Assembly: GCA_964496435.1 (NCBI GenBank)
Contig: CAZBZP010000005.1
Location: forward strand, 10,097 to 74,096
Direction of reading: 5' to 3'
DNA: 64,000 nt
Origin: Uncultured Candidatus Berkiella sp.
GTDB taxonomy: Bacteria > Pseudomonadota > Gammaproteobacteria > Berkiellales > Berkiellaceae
Part shown: positions 53,971 to 63,232 of the stretch, one piece after another
Layout: every line of letters starts with the position of its first letter
Numbering within the stretch: the first letter of the stretch is position 1
The notes under the pieces: generated by a model
Seen by the model: only the letters and a program-made list of their open reading frames with translations
The model's database searches: none
Told to the model about the DNA's origin: nothing
Translations under genes and position numbers: made by a program

Positions 53971-55434
53971 ATGTTAAGCTGCCCAGATTTTTCAAAGGTA
54001 AAAGTTATTGTTGTTGGTGATGCCATGCTCGATAGATATTGGCATGGTGATACATCCCGCATCTCCCCTGAAGCACCTGTCCCTGTTGTTCGCATTGAAA
54101 AAAATGAGGACAGAGTAGGAGGCGCTGCTAACGTTGCTGTGAATGTGAAAGCATTGGGGGCAAGCAGTGTATTGGTTTGCGCAATGGGCAAAGATGAAAG
54201 CGGGCAAGCATTGCTCAACTTATTGCAGCAGCAAGATGTGCTATGTCAATTTATTGAGTTAGACAACATAAGAACCACGCTTAAACTCCGTGTCATAGGC
54301 CGCTCACAACAACTGCTTCGTTTAGATTTTGAAGATAAATTTCGCATAGAAGCCAGCGAAGTGATCAGGGCTTGTGAAAAGGAAATGGCAGATGCGGATG
54401 TCATCATTCTTTCAGATTACGCAAAGGGAATGTTAAGCGCTCCTCAAGAGATCATTCGCTATGCCAAGCATAAAGGCATCAAAGTATTGGTTGATCCTAA
54501 AAATGCTGATCTTAGCATCTATAAGGATGCAACTTTATTGACCCCGAATTTATCTGAATTTGAAGCAGCGGTGGGGCATTGTGCTAATGAGAAAGAAATT
54601 GAACAAAAGGGCCAAGCTTTAGTACAGGCTTTAAATTTGGAAGGTTTATTAGTCACGCGTGGTTCACAAGGCATGACCTTGCTAACTAAAACGCAGGCAC
54701 CAGTCCATATCCCAGCCCAAGCAAGAGAAGTGTTCGATATCACCGGTGCAGGTGATACCGTGATTGCGGTGTTGGGTGCTTGTTTGGCAACCAATATGCC
54801 AATGGAGCACGCTGCAAAACTTGCTAATATCGCAGCTGGTCTTTCTGTTGGTCATTTTGGTACAGCAACTATCACGGCGCAAGAAATTAAAGATGAACTT
54901 GCCAATAAGCCATATCAACCCGTTGCAACAGGTGTGCTAACAGAACATGCTTTAATTAAGGAAGTTGCTAGAAGAAAAGCCTATGGTGATAAAATCATTA
55001 TGACCAATGGCTGTTTTGATATATTACATGCAGGTCATATTGCCTATCTACAACAGGCGCGGGCTTTAGGAAGCTGCTTGATTGTGGCTGTAAATGATGA
55101 TGCATCAGTTCAGCGTCTTAAAGGCAAAACACGCCCCATCAATCCTTTAGATCAGAGAATGCAAGTGCTTGGAGCTTTGGGCTGTGTCGATTATGTCGTT
55201 TCTTTTAGCGAAGATACCCCACAAAGACTTATCGCCAATGTTCTGCCGCATGTTTTAGTCAAAGGCGGCGATTATAAGCCCGAGCAAATTGCGGGTGCTA
55301 TTGAAGTTATTCAAAATGGTGGCAGTGTTGAAATCTTGCCCTTTGTTGATGGATGTTCCACCACACAAACAATTTCCCGCATGGTATTTTCTGTAAACCA
55401 AAAAGAAATGAACACAGAAGAGATTTTTGTTTAG
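53971..55434 (+). CDS. hldE: bifunctional D-beta-D-heptose 7-phosphate kinase / heptose 1-phosphate adenylyltransferase
   Basis: N-terminal PfkB kinase domain (VIVVGDAMLDRYWHG, DITGAGDTV) and C-terminal cytidylyltransferase domain (TNGCFDILHAGH). Confidence 0.95.
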   Translation: MLSCPDFSKVKVIVVGDAMLDRYWHGDTSRISPEAPVPVVRIEKNEDRVGGAANVAVNVKALGASSVLVCAMGKDESGQALLNLLQQQDVLCQFIELDNIRTTLKLRVIGRSQQLLRLDFEDKFRIEASEVIRACEKEMADADVIILSDYAKGMLSAPQEIIRYAKHKGIKVLVDPKNADLSIYKDATLLTPNLSEFEAAVGHCANEKEIEQKGQALVQALNLEGLLVTRGSQGMTLLTKTQAPVHIPAQAREVFDITGAGDTVIAVLGACLATNMPMEHAAKLANIAAGLSVGHFGTATITAQEIKDELANKPYQPVATGVLTEHALIKEVARRKAYGDKIIMTNGCFDILHAGHIAYLQQARALGSCLIVAVNDDASVQRLKGKTRPINPLDQRMQVLGALGCVDYVVSFSEDTPQRLIANVLPHVLVKGGDYKPEQIAGAIEVIQNGGSVEILPFVDGCSTTQTISRMVFSVNQKEMNTEEIFV

Positions 55435-55446
55435 AGGTATGAAACG

Positions 55447-56400
55447 ATGATCATAGTAACTGGCGGCGCCGGCTTTATTGGCTCTAATATTGTAAAAGGT
55501 TTAAATCAGCGAGGCATTACAAATATCCTCGTTGTTGATGATTTAAGTGACGGCACCAAATTTAGCAATTTAGCCTCTTTAGAAATTGCCGATTATTTAG
55601 ATAAAGATGATTTTCTAGCACGTATCCAAAAGCGTGATAGTTTTGGTCAGGATATAAAAGCCATATTTCATGAAGGTGCTTGTTCAACCACCACAGAGTG
55701 GGATGGGCGTTTCATGATGAAAAATAATTATGAATATTCAAAAGAATTATTAGCTTATTGCTTGGATAGAGGCGTTAATTTTCTTTATGCTTCTAGTGCA
55801 GCTGTGTACGGTGATGGCAAAGTTTTTAAAGAAGAGCGCGACTTAGAATGCCCTTTGAATGTTTATGGTTATTCTAAATTCTTATTCGATCAACACGTTA
55901 GAAAAATATTACCAACAGCAAAAAGCCAAATTGCCGGCTTTCGTTATTTTAATGTCTATGGTCCCAATGAAAATCACAAAGGCAGTATGGCCAGCGTGGC
56001 GTGGCACCAACATCAGCAACTTCCCAAAAATGGCGTCATCAAGTTATTTGAAGGCTGTGACGGTTATGGTGATGGTGAACAGCGTCGTGATTTTGTGTAT
56101 GTTGAGGATGTGGTTTCTGTGAATTTATGGTTTATGGATAATCCAAAAGTATCAGGCATTTTTAATGTTGGTACCGGTAAAAGCCAGCCCTTTAATGATA
56201 TAGCCAAAGCCGTGCTAGCATGGCACAAAACAGGCAAATTAGAATATATCCCTTTCCCCGAACACTTGAAAGGCCGTTATCAAAGCTTTACTGAAGCCGA
56301 TATCTCGTCGCTTCGCAAAGCGGGTTATGATAAACCCTTTAAAACAGTTGAAGAAGGCGTTAAGGCTTATTTAGACATTATTGGTTTATCTAAGAATTAG
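55447..56400 (+). CDS. hldD: ADP-L-glycero-D-manno-heptose 6-epimerase
   Basis: [16 protein letters not shown]..., [25 protein letters not shown]: collinear with E. coli HldD. Confidence 0.95.
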   Translation: MIIVTGGAGFIGSNIVKGLNQRGITNILVVDDLSDGTKFSNLASLEIADYLDKDDFLARIQKRDSFGQDIKAIFHEGACSTTTEWDGRFMMKNNYEYSKELLAYCLDRGVNFLYASSAAVYGDGKVFKEERDLECPLNVYGYSKFLFDQHVRKILPTAKSQIAGFRYFNVYGPNENHKGSMASVAWHQHQQLPKNGVIKLFEGCDGYGDGEQRRDFVYVEDVVSVNLWFMDNPKVSGIFNVGTGKSQPFNDIAKAVLAWHKTGKLEYIPFPEHLKGRYQSFTEADISSLRKAGYDKPFKTVEEGVKAYLDIIGLSKN

Positions 56401-56430
56401 GTGTGCAATTTTGTAGACACCTAATTCTTA
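56391..56430 (+). terminator. long hairpin spanning the hldD stop codon
   Basis: TAAGAATTAGGTGT-(12 nt loop)-ACACCTAATTCTTA: 14-bp perfect stem that is AT-rich, with no clean U-tract. Confidence 0.45.
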
Positions 56431-56443
56431 ATGGAAAGCGTAA

Positions 56444-56653
56444 ATGCAATACAAAGGATTTGTTGCAAATTTCTATTATGTGGGAGATATAGGCCTTTTT
56501 GTAGGTGAAATAGCCCATTCTCAAGACACCATTTCCTTTGGTGCCCCCACCCTTAAAGAACTGCAAGAAACCATGAAAATCGCAGTAGATAATTATATTG
56601 CTAACGATGTATTAGCTCAAAAACAGCTTACTTTAAGTCCTAATAGCGCATAA
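56444..56653 (+). CDS. HicB-like antitoxin N-terminal domain only (69 aa), orphan/truncated
   Basis: MQYKGFVANFYYVGDIGLFVGEIAHSQDTISFGAPTLKELQETMKIAVDNYI matches the HicB N-terminal fold pattern (YKGY...F.G......T..G.S..E........DY). No DNA-binding C-terminal domain and no hicA nearby. Confidence 0.55.
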   Translation: MQYKGFVANFYYVGDIGLFVGEIAHSQDTISFGAPTLKELQETMKIAVDNYIANDVLAQKQLTLSPNSA

Positions 56654-57399
56654 GGTATATTCTTTAAAAGAATATGATTAGGCACGGGTTGATTATCTTC
56701 ATAATCCAATTGTTGAACACCAACAGCAAATCTGGGATGAAACAAAATATGTTTGGTTAGTGCTAATTGTTTGTTCAAACCTACTTCAAAGAGTGCATTG
56801 GTGAAATTGGTAATCGGAAGTGGTGGCGTTAAATTCATATCAAAGCTAACTGTTGTCGTAATAGGATAAGTTGCTTTGAGCCCTATATTCGCTCCCATCA
56901 CATTATAAGAACGTGAGCCTTTAATCGGATAGGCTGCATATTCATAGTGGAATTTCAATAAATCGATTTGCGCAAAAGGCTCCAGCATCCAAGAAGCAAA
57001 ATTAAAATTGCGTCCAAAACTGAGCGTGTAAAAATCATATTTAATCAAGGTGGAAAGTGAAGCGCCGGCTTTGATTTGTTTGCCATGGGTATTAAGAATA
57101 TTTTTTAAATTGGTCCGGCCTCTTGGTGCAAAGCGACTATATGTAAATAAAAGATTATAAGCTTCATAGTCAATTTTAGCGCCAATCGTGTAAAAATTAT
57201 TGTGATTAATATTTAATTCATGGAGAGTTGGGCGGCCTATGCTGGTTGTGCCAATCGTACCTCCCTGAGGTACTTGGGTAAAGCCGTTTAGTTGGCTTGA
57301 GCCCACATTGCCTAATAAAGTACCATGAAAGTTTGATGCGCTTGCGTTTTGCACTTGAAACATTGTGAGAGCTAAAAGAGAATATGTAATTTTTTTCAT
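56617..57399 (-). CDS. outer-membrane beta-barrel protein
   Basis: ATG at 57399 follows GGGAAGGG. Signal peptide MKKITYSLLALTMFQVQNASA, alternating hydrophobic strands and a C-terminal Phe (LKVSCF). Confidence 0.65.
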   Translation of the reverse strand: MKKITYSLLALTMFQVQNASASNFHGTLLGNVGSSQLNGFTQVPQGGTIGTTSIGRPTLHELNINHNNFYTIGAKIDYEAYNLLFTYSRFAPRGRTNLKNILNTHGKQIKAGASLSTLIKYDFYTLSFGRNFNFASWMLEPFAQIDLLKFHYEYAAYPIKGSRSYNVMGANIGLKATYPITTTVSFDMNLTPPLPITNFTNALFEVGLNKQLALTKHILFHPRFAVGVQQLDYEDNQPVPNHILLKNIPYALLGLKVSCF

Positions 57400-57418
57400 G
57401 CCCTTCCCTGGCAAATAA

Positions 57419-58171
57419 TTATTTAAACCTAATTCTATTGCCCCAATACTTCAAGGCTAAGCGATTAATCAAGAGCGAACCAATCGGACGTTGTTTTGTC
57501 CATAAGGGATCTGCATTGATGCGATAGACAAAGCGCTTATCATGATCCCATCCCCTGTTTAAAGCGCTGCCAATACGAATTCCAAAGTCATAGGATTGGC
57601 AGACTAATTGGTGCGCTTCATTGTTCATGCGCCCATAAGGGTAAACAAAATATTTGATAGGCGTTGCTAATTTTTCCTGCAATATTTTTTGAGAGACGAC
57701 AATTTCTTGGTGTAAATTCGCTTTTGCATCAGCCAGGTTTTCATGCATAAAACCATGCGAGGCAATGACTACCAACCCACTGTCTGACATTTCCTTGAGT
57801 TCTTCCCAGGTGCAAAAAGGTGTTTTGCTTGCATAGGCCGGATCTTCCATGCCTTGCACATAAGGCACGCTCAAACGCACTTTGGCATCAACGTTGGTTG
57901 AATCAACGATATAGCCAACAGAAACAGCTAATAGTGCTTTAACTTGGTATTTTTTTAATAAGGGAAATACATCGTGATAAAAATCATAATAAGCATCATC
58001 AAAAGTTAAACAAACAGCTGTTTTATCAGCTAAGGGATCACCTGGCACCACAATAGGAAAATTTTTAACTAAATAGTCCAAATAGCGTGCAAAATCTGAA
58101 GGTTGATGACCAATCGATTCATCATTGACGCGATGGAACATCAGTGTGATAACGCGCGTTTTTAAATTCAA
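57419..58171 (-). CDS. polysaccharide deacetylase (NodB-homology) family protein
   Basis: LMFHRV, LTFDDAY and ASHGFMH motifs. The TTG start overlaps the upstream GT2 stop. Confidence 0.75.
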   Translation of the reverse strand: MNLKTRVITLMFHRVNDESIGHQPSDFARYLDYLVKNFPIVVPGDPLADKTAVCLTFDDAYYDFYHDVFPLLKKYQVKALLAVSVGYIVDSTNVDAKVRLSVPYVQGMEDPAYASKTPFCTWEELKEMSDSGLVVIASHGFMHENLADAKANLHQEIVVSQKILQEKLATPIKYFVYPYGRMNNEAHQLVCQSYDFGIRIGSALNRGWDHDKRFVYRINADPLWTKQRPIGSLLINRLALKYWGNRIRFK

Positions 58172-58935
58172 TGGTCACCTTGATTGTGTGCTTGCCACAA
58201 ATACATTAATTTCAAATAGCGATAATATGTTCCTTGTGCATTGCTGACGGCAAGTAAAAAACCCTCACGTCCATCAAGGAAACCAAGTTTAATGATGTAG
58301 CCTCTTAAGAAAGACCAGATACTGTGAGAAAGGGCTGTACATAAAGAAGATTTTCTACCCTTTGCAAATAAGAGCTTGGCGCTTTGGTTAGAATAATCAT
58401 TAAGTTTATGAAGCATGGCGCCCAAGTGATGAAATGGATGGTGAATAATAATGTTTTTTAAGGTACCAACCGTTCCTTTTACATCAAGATGACAATGAAC
58501 AATATCTTCAGTAAAGCGGGCTTTGCTTTTTCTAAATAAACGTATATGCGATTCCCCGCGCCAATCCCCAAAACGTATGGCTTTGCCACAATAGGTAGAT
58601 TGATAAGGAATATCAAAAGCATCATGGCTTGAATTGCCATTTATGACGCTGAGTATTTCTTGGGCGAGTTCAGGGCTTACCCTTTCATCAGCATCTAAGC
58701 ACAATATCCACTCACCATTGGCTTGTGCAATAGCACGATTTTTTTGTGGCCCATCGCCTGGCCAATCGGGGGTGATTGTTACTTTTGGGGTATAGGTTTG
58801 GCAGAGTGCAGGTGTGCCATCGGTGCTACCTGAATCAAAGATGACGATTTCATCTGCGAAGGAAACGCTCTTTAAACAATCTGCTATGTTATGCGCTTCA
58901 TTTTTGGTAACAACAATAACTGATAATTTTGTCAT
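58168..58935 (-). CDS. family-2 glycosyltransferase (LPS core, WaaE/KdtX-like)
   Basis: LSVIVVTKNEA, IFDSGSTDGT and LDADERV motifs. Divergent from waaA, as is typical for this core glycosyltransferase. Confidence 0.75.
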   Translation of the reverse strand: MTKLSVIVVTKNEAHNIADCLKSVSFADEIVIFDSGSTDGTPALCQTYTPKVTITPDWPGDGPQKNRAIAQANGEWILCLDADERVSPELAQEILSVINGNSSHDAFDIPYQSTYCGKAIRFGDWRGESHIRLFRKSKARFTEDIVHCHLDVKGTVGTLKNIIIHHPFHHLGAMLHKLNDYSNQSAKLLFAKGRKSSLCTALSHSIWSFLRGYIIKLGFLDGREGFLLAVSNAQGTYYRYLKLMYLWQAHNQGDH

Positions 58936-59061
58936 CTAAATTATTCTTAGGTAGCTTAATATTCCCCTAAATAATAACGGATCTGGTCAAAGATGAGAAT
59001 CTAACTCGGATCTTTAGCTGAAAACAAGTTAAAATAGCGCGCTTAATAGTGAGGAAAGGCC

Positions 59062-60366
59062 ATGATTTTTAGACTATTACGTTGGTTCTACAGTGCAGTA
59101 TTTACACTCTTGTTGCCCTATGTCTTTTTTAGAATGTGGGTTAGAAGCCTAAGATTGAAAGCTTATAGGAATCGTTGGGCTGAGCGTTTAGGCCGTATAC
59201 CCTTGCCACCGCTTGAAGAAGTGCTTTGGGTGCATGCTGTTTCTGTTGGCGAATCCGTGGCCGCTATTCCCTTGATTCACCGAATTAGACAACTCTATCC
59301 TCATACACCTATTTTAATGACAACTACCACACCTACAGGTTCTGAAAGAGTACAAGCCGCTTTTAAGGACACCTTAGGGAAGCAAATTTATCATTGTTAT
59401 TTGCCTTATGATTTGCCTTTTGCTTTGAACGCTTTTTTTAAGCGCATCAAACCAAAATTATTGGTACTGATGGAAACAGAATTATGGCCTAACTTGTTGC
59501 AAGCTTGTCATCAACGCGGGTTGCCCGTTTTAATTGCTAATGGTCGCTTGTCCCCTATTTCCGCCAAACGTTATCGATGGCTAGGATATTTTATGCGCAA
59601 GATGGTGAGACCAATTTGCACCGTCGCAGCACAAAGTGCGCTTGATGCAGAACGTTTTAAGGCGCTGGGCATTGCGCAAGATAAAATAAAAGAAACAGGC
59701 AATATCAAATTTGATTTGCAGTTACCGCAGTACTTGGCTGAGGCCGGCATGATGTTGCGTCAGGAGATGGGTAAAGACAGGCTTGTTTGGATAGCGGCCA
59801 GTACGCATGAAGGTGAAGAAACGATTGCACTTAATGTATATAAAGCCCTTAAACAGCGCTTTCCTGAACTCTTATTATTTTTAGTGCCAAGACATCCCGA
59901 TAGATTTAACAAGGTCGCCAATTATTGTACTGAGGCTGGCTTTAACATTGTCAGACGTAGCCAAAAGCAAGCGCTTGCGGCTGATACGGATATTTTCTTG
60001 GGTGATTCCATGGGCGAAATGCCACTCTTTTATGCGGCAAGTGATGTTGCCTTTGTCGGTGGGAGTTTTGTGCCTGTGGGAGGCCATAATTTATTAGAGC
60101 CTGCTGCTTTAGGGCTACCAGTTCTGACTGGCCCTCAACTTTTTAACTTTGTTGCTATCAGTGAAATGTTAACCACCGCCAAAGGTGCCACCATCGTGCA
60201 AGATGAACAAGCGCTGACAGATGCATTGGCGCAATTGTTGAGCGATGTGAATTTACGTCAAGCGCAAGGCAAGTTAGCGAAAAATGTCGTTGAAGAAAAC
60301 AAAGGTGCGTTGGATAAATTGGTGCAGCTGATTGACAATGCTTGGCAAAAACCAGTTTTGAACTAG
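59062..60366 (+). CDS. waaA: 3-deoxy-D-manno-octulosonic acid (Kdo) transferase
   Basis: N-terminal anchor, WVHAVSVGE, ETELWPN, PRHPDRF and GGSFVPVGGHNLLEP motifs. Confidence 0.95.
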   Translation: MIFRLLRWFYSAVFTLLLPYVFFRMWVRSLRLKAYRNRWAERLGRIPLPPLEEVLWVHAVSVGESVAAIPLIHRIRQLYPHTPILMTTTTPTGSERVQAAFKDTLGKQIYHCYLPYDLPFALNAFFKRIKPKLLVLMETELWPNLLQACHQRGLPVLIANGRLSPISAKRYRWLGYFMRKMVRPICTVAAQSALDAERFKALGIAQDKIKETGNIKFDLQLPQYLAEAGMMLRQEMGKDRLVWIAASTHEGEETIALNVYKALKQRFPELLLFLVPRHPDRFNKVANYCTEAGFNIVRRSQKQALAADTDIFLGDSMGEMPLFYAASDVAFVGGSFVPVGGHNLLEPAALGLPVLTGPQLFNFVAISEMLTTAKGATIVQDEQALTDALAQLLSDVNLRQAQGKLAKNVVEENKGALDKLVQLIDNAWQKPVLN

Positions 60367-60410
60367 TACTTTAAAAAGCTTGCAAGGCAAGGCTACAGAC
60401 TTAAGCGTAC

Positions 60411-61736
60411 TTAAGCCTGTGCTTTGCCTTCAATTAAACTGCATACGGCATATAAATCATCTGAGGTTAAGGTGCCGGCTTTTTGTTTTAAAATCAGACC
60501 TTGTAGTAGATATTCATAGCGTGCTTGGGCATGTTCACGAATAGCATTCAATAAAAGTGTTTCAGCATTTAATACATCAACAATGGTTCGGGTGCCAACT
60601 TCATAAGCTGCTTTGGTTGCTTTAAGTGAGCTCTCACTTGAAATAACAGCTTGTTTAAGAGAAGTAACACGGCTCATCGCTGTTAAAACACCACGAAAAG
60701 CTTCTCTGGTATCACCGTCAGCAAGACGTTGTTGTTGCTCCAAGGCTTGCATGGCTTCATCATAACGCGCTGTTGCTTCACGTGTTTTATAAACGACGCC
60801 GCCACCTGCAAAAATAGGCACGCTGACATTCAATGAGACACTACGGTTATAAGTAAGATCGTTGAAAGGCGGTGCACTTTTGTTTCTGTTGACCTGACCT
60901 TGCACATCCACTTTGGGGAAATGTCCTGCAACTTGTGCGCCAATGGCTGATTTAAGCTGATAGGCATGTTCTCTGGCAGCAATGACATCCAGATTATAAA
61001 TGTTAGCCATATCGACCCAAGCTTCTTGATTATTGGGTGTTGGGTTCAATAAGGGTAAGTTTTTTTCCATGGGGAAAAGATTAACATGGTCGATTTTTTT
61101 GCCAACAATTTCTCTTAATTGTTCATATTGATCAGCTACTGCATTCTTCGCTGAAATTTCAGTTGCAACCGCGTTGTCATAACGTGATTTTGCTGTTTCA
61201 ACATCAGTGATTGCAATTAAGCCAACATCAAAACGTTGTTTTGCCTGCTCATATTCGCGTGAAAAAGCCTTCGCTTGTCCTTTGGCATAGTCTAAGTCAT
61301 CGATGGAAGCTAAAATCGCAAAATATTGCTGTGCTACGCGAACAATTAAAGCTTGTGCTGCGCTTAAATAGCTAGCGCTGGCACTTTTTAGAACATGCTT
61401 AGATTGTTCTAGTTGTGCCCAGTATTCTGGATGGTAAATGGGTTGTGTAAGCGTAAGCCCATAACTTTGCGTATTATAACCGCCTTTGGCTACGAAGGGG
61501 CTTGAAACAGACTGAGAAGTTTCTGTGCCCGCCGTTGTGTAGTTGCCGGATAAATTAGGCAACATTTGCGAGATAGCCTCAGGCAGCAATTGTCTATTTG
61601 CTTCTAAACCGTAGTAAGCTTGTTGTAAAACAGGATCATTTTCAACCGCTAAACGATAAATTTGTGTCAGATTTTCAGCATATAATGGGCAAGCCCAAGC
61701 TAATAATAAAAGAGGTAGTTTGCGAAACGAACCCAT
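60411..61736 (-). CDS. tolC: outer membrane efflux channel TolC
   Basis: Signal peptide and two OEP repeats (DPVLQQAYYGLEA..., VGTRTIVDVLNAE...). tolC-nudF-parE neighbourhood as in E. coli. Confidence 0.9.
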   Translation of the reverse strand: MGSFRKLPLLLLAWACPLYAENLTQIYRLAVENDPVLQQAYYGLEANRQLLPEAISQMLPNLSGNYTTAGTETSQSVSSPFVAKGGYNTQSYGLTLTQPIYHPEYWAQLEQSKHVLKSASASYLSAAQALIVRVAQQYFAILASIDDLDYAKGQAKAFSREYEQAKQRFDVGLIAITDVETAKSRYDNAVATEISAKNAVADQYEQLREIVGKKIDHVNLFPMEKNLPLLNPTPNNQEAWVDMANIYNLDVIAAREHAYQLKSAIGAQVAGHFPKVDVQGQVNRNKSAPPFNDLTYNRSVSLNVSVPIFAGGGVVYKTREATARYDEAMQALEQQQRLADGDTREAFRGVLTAMSRVTSLKQAVISSESSLKATKAAYEVGTRTIVDVLNAETLLLNAIREHAQARYEYLLQGLILKQKAGTLTSDDLYAVCSLIEGKAQA

Positions 61737-61749
61737 ACTTCACCTTGTT

Positions 61750-62403
61750 TTAAAATTGAAACTTTTTGGGTTGTGGTGCATGAATAAGCGCAGGAACAAC
61801 CGTTTCAAAAAGTGACTTCGTCGTAAATTCTTTAGCGTGGCGTTCTATTAAAACGGCTTTCATTGTGGGGGCAAGGCCAGTAAAAGCAAAAAGCCGTCCG
61901 CCAACTTTGAGTTGCTCACAAATTTTTTCAGGAACACCAAGCGGATAGGAGCCGGTTACCACAATGGCATCATAAGGGGCATAATCATCCCAGCCAAAAA
62001 CAGCATCACCCTGACTTAAGGTTAAATTACGTAAATTAAGCGCTGATAAGTTAAGCTGAGCTTGTGCCAATAAAGTAGGTTGAATTTCCACACTAATAAT
62101 TTGATTAGCTAAATGAGCCAGGCATGCTGTCATGTAGCCTGTGCCGGTACCTACTTCTAAAACATTATCTTCACTTGTTAAATTTAAAGCTTGTAATGCT
62201 CTGCCAACAACCTTGGGAGCTAACATAGTTTGCCCGTCGTTCAAAGGAATGTCGGTGTCACTGTAAGCTAAATTATGAAAAGCCAAAGGAACAAAATTTT
62301 CCCGAGGGATCTGGGATAAGGTCGATAAGACTTGTTCGCTAAGCACATGCCATGGCCTAACTTGTTGTGCGACCATATTTGAGCGCGCTAATTGAAAATT
62401 CAT
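61750..62403 (-). CDS. protein-L-isoaspartate O-methyltransferase-family protein
   Basis: SAM motif VLEVGTGTGYMTA and the PCMT-like pattern RENFVP...AYSDT. The ATG at 62403 is preferred over the TTG at 62415. Confidence 0.75.
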   Translation of the reverse strand: MNFQLARSNMVAQQVRPWHVLSEQVLSTLSQIPRENFVPLAFHNLAYSDTDIPLNDGQTMLAPKVVGRALQALNLTSEDNVLEVGTGTGYMTACLAHLANQIISVEIQPTLLAQAQLNLSALNLRNLTLSQGDAVFGWDDYAPYDAIVVTGSYPLGVPEKICEQLKVGGRLFAFTGLAPTMKAVLIERHAKEFTTKSLFETVVPALIHAPQPKKFQF

Positions 62404-62575
62404 TTTTGATCCCAAGAAAGCTTAATAAATAATTTTTGAACTGCTAATTAACCATATATCGTAGCATATTTCTTAGGTATACAAAGCAGCTTATTTGCCT
62501 TTGAATATGAAATTGTCAATTATTCTAAGCCTCGGTAGACTTTGTCACCAGCACAGTTTAGGAAGAAGTGAAGCG

Positions 62576-63208
62576 ATGGTAGATCCCATATGGCGCCCAG
62601 CCTGGCAACAGGAGGCAGTTGAAATTGAGTCTAATAACTATGTTCATGATGGTTTTTTTAAAGTTGAAACTTTAAAATTGCGCCATCAGTGCTTTTCCGG
62701 TACGTGGAGCCCCTGGCTCGACAGGGAGCAAATATCTCATAGTGATGCCTCAGCTGTCCTTCTTATTGATCCCGCGCTACAAAAACTGGTATTAGTGGAG
62801 CAATTTCGGGTAGGTTTGGTTAATCGCCTGCAAACAAGCCCTTGGCTTTTGGAGATTGTGGCTGGCTTAGTTGAAAAACACGAGTCACCGCAAGAGACCA
62901 TGATACGCGAGGCCAAAGAAGAAGCCGATTGTGATATTAAAGCGTGGCTTAAGATTGCAGAGTTTTACAATAGTCCCGGCGGTTTTGCTGAAAAAACAAG
63001 TATTTTTTGTGCAAAAGTGGATGCTGACCAAAAGGAAGGCATACGGGGAATAAATGCAGAAAATGAGGATATTAAAGTTCATGTGCTTGATATCCAGGCT
63101 GTTTTAGCAGCCTTTGAGCAAGGTTTGATTATTTCAAGTTCTGCGACAGTGATAGCCCTGCAATGGTTAGCGTTGAATTTAAAAAATAAACACCCTTTTT
63201 TGATTTAA
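62576..63208 (+). CDS. nudF: ADP-ribose pyrophosphatase (Nudix)
   Basis: Nudix box GLVEKHESPQETMIREAKEEADC. The C-terminus ATVIALQWLALN resembles E. coli NudF. ATG at 62576 follows GGAAGAAG. Confidence 0.85.
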   Translation: MVDPIWRPAWQQEAVEIESNNYVHDGFFKVETLKLRHQCFSGTWSPWLDREQISHSDASAVLLIDPALQKLVLVEQFRVGLVNRLQTSPWLLEIVAGLVEKHESPQETMIREAKEEADCDIKAWLKIAEFYNSPGGFAEKTSIFCAKVDADQKEGIRGINAENEDIKVHVLDIQAVLAAFEQGLIISSSATVIALQWLALNLKNKHPFLI

Positions 63209-63232
63209 ATTTGAGAAAAAAAGTAAAGAAAT

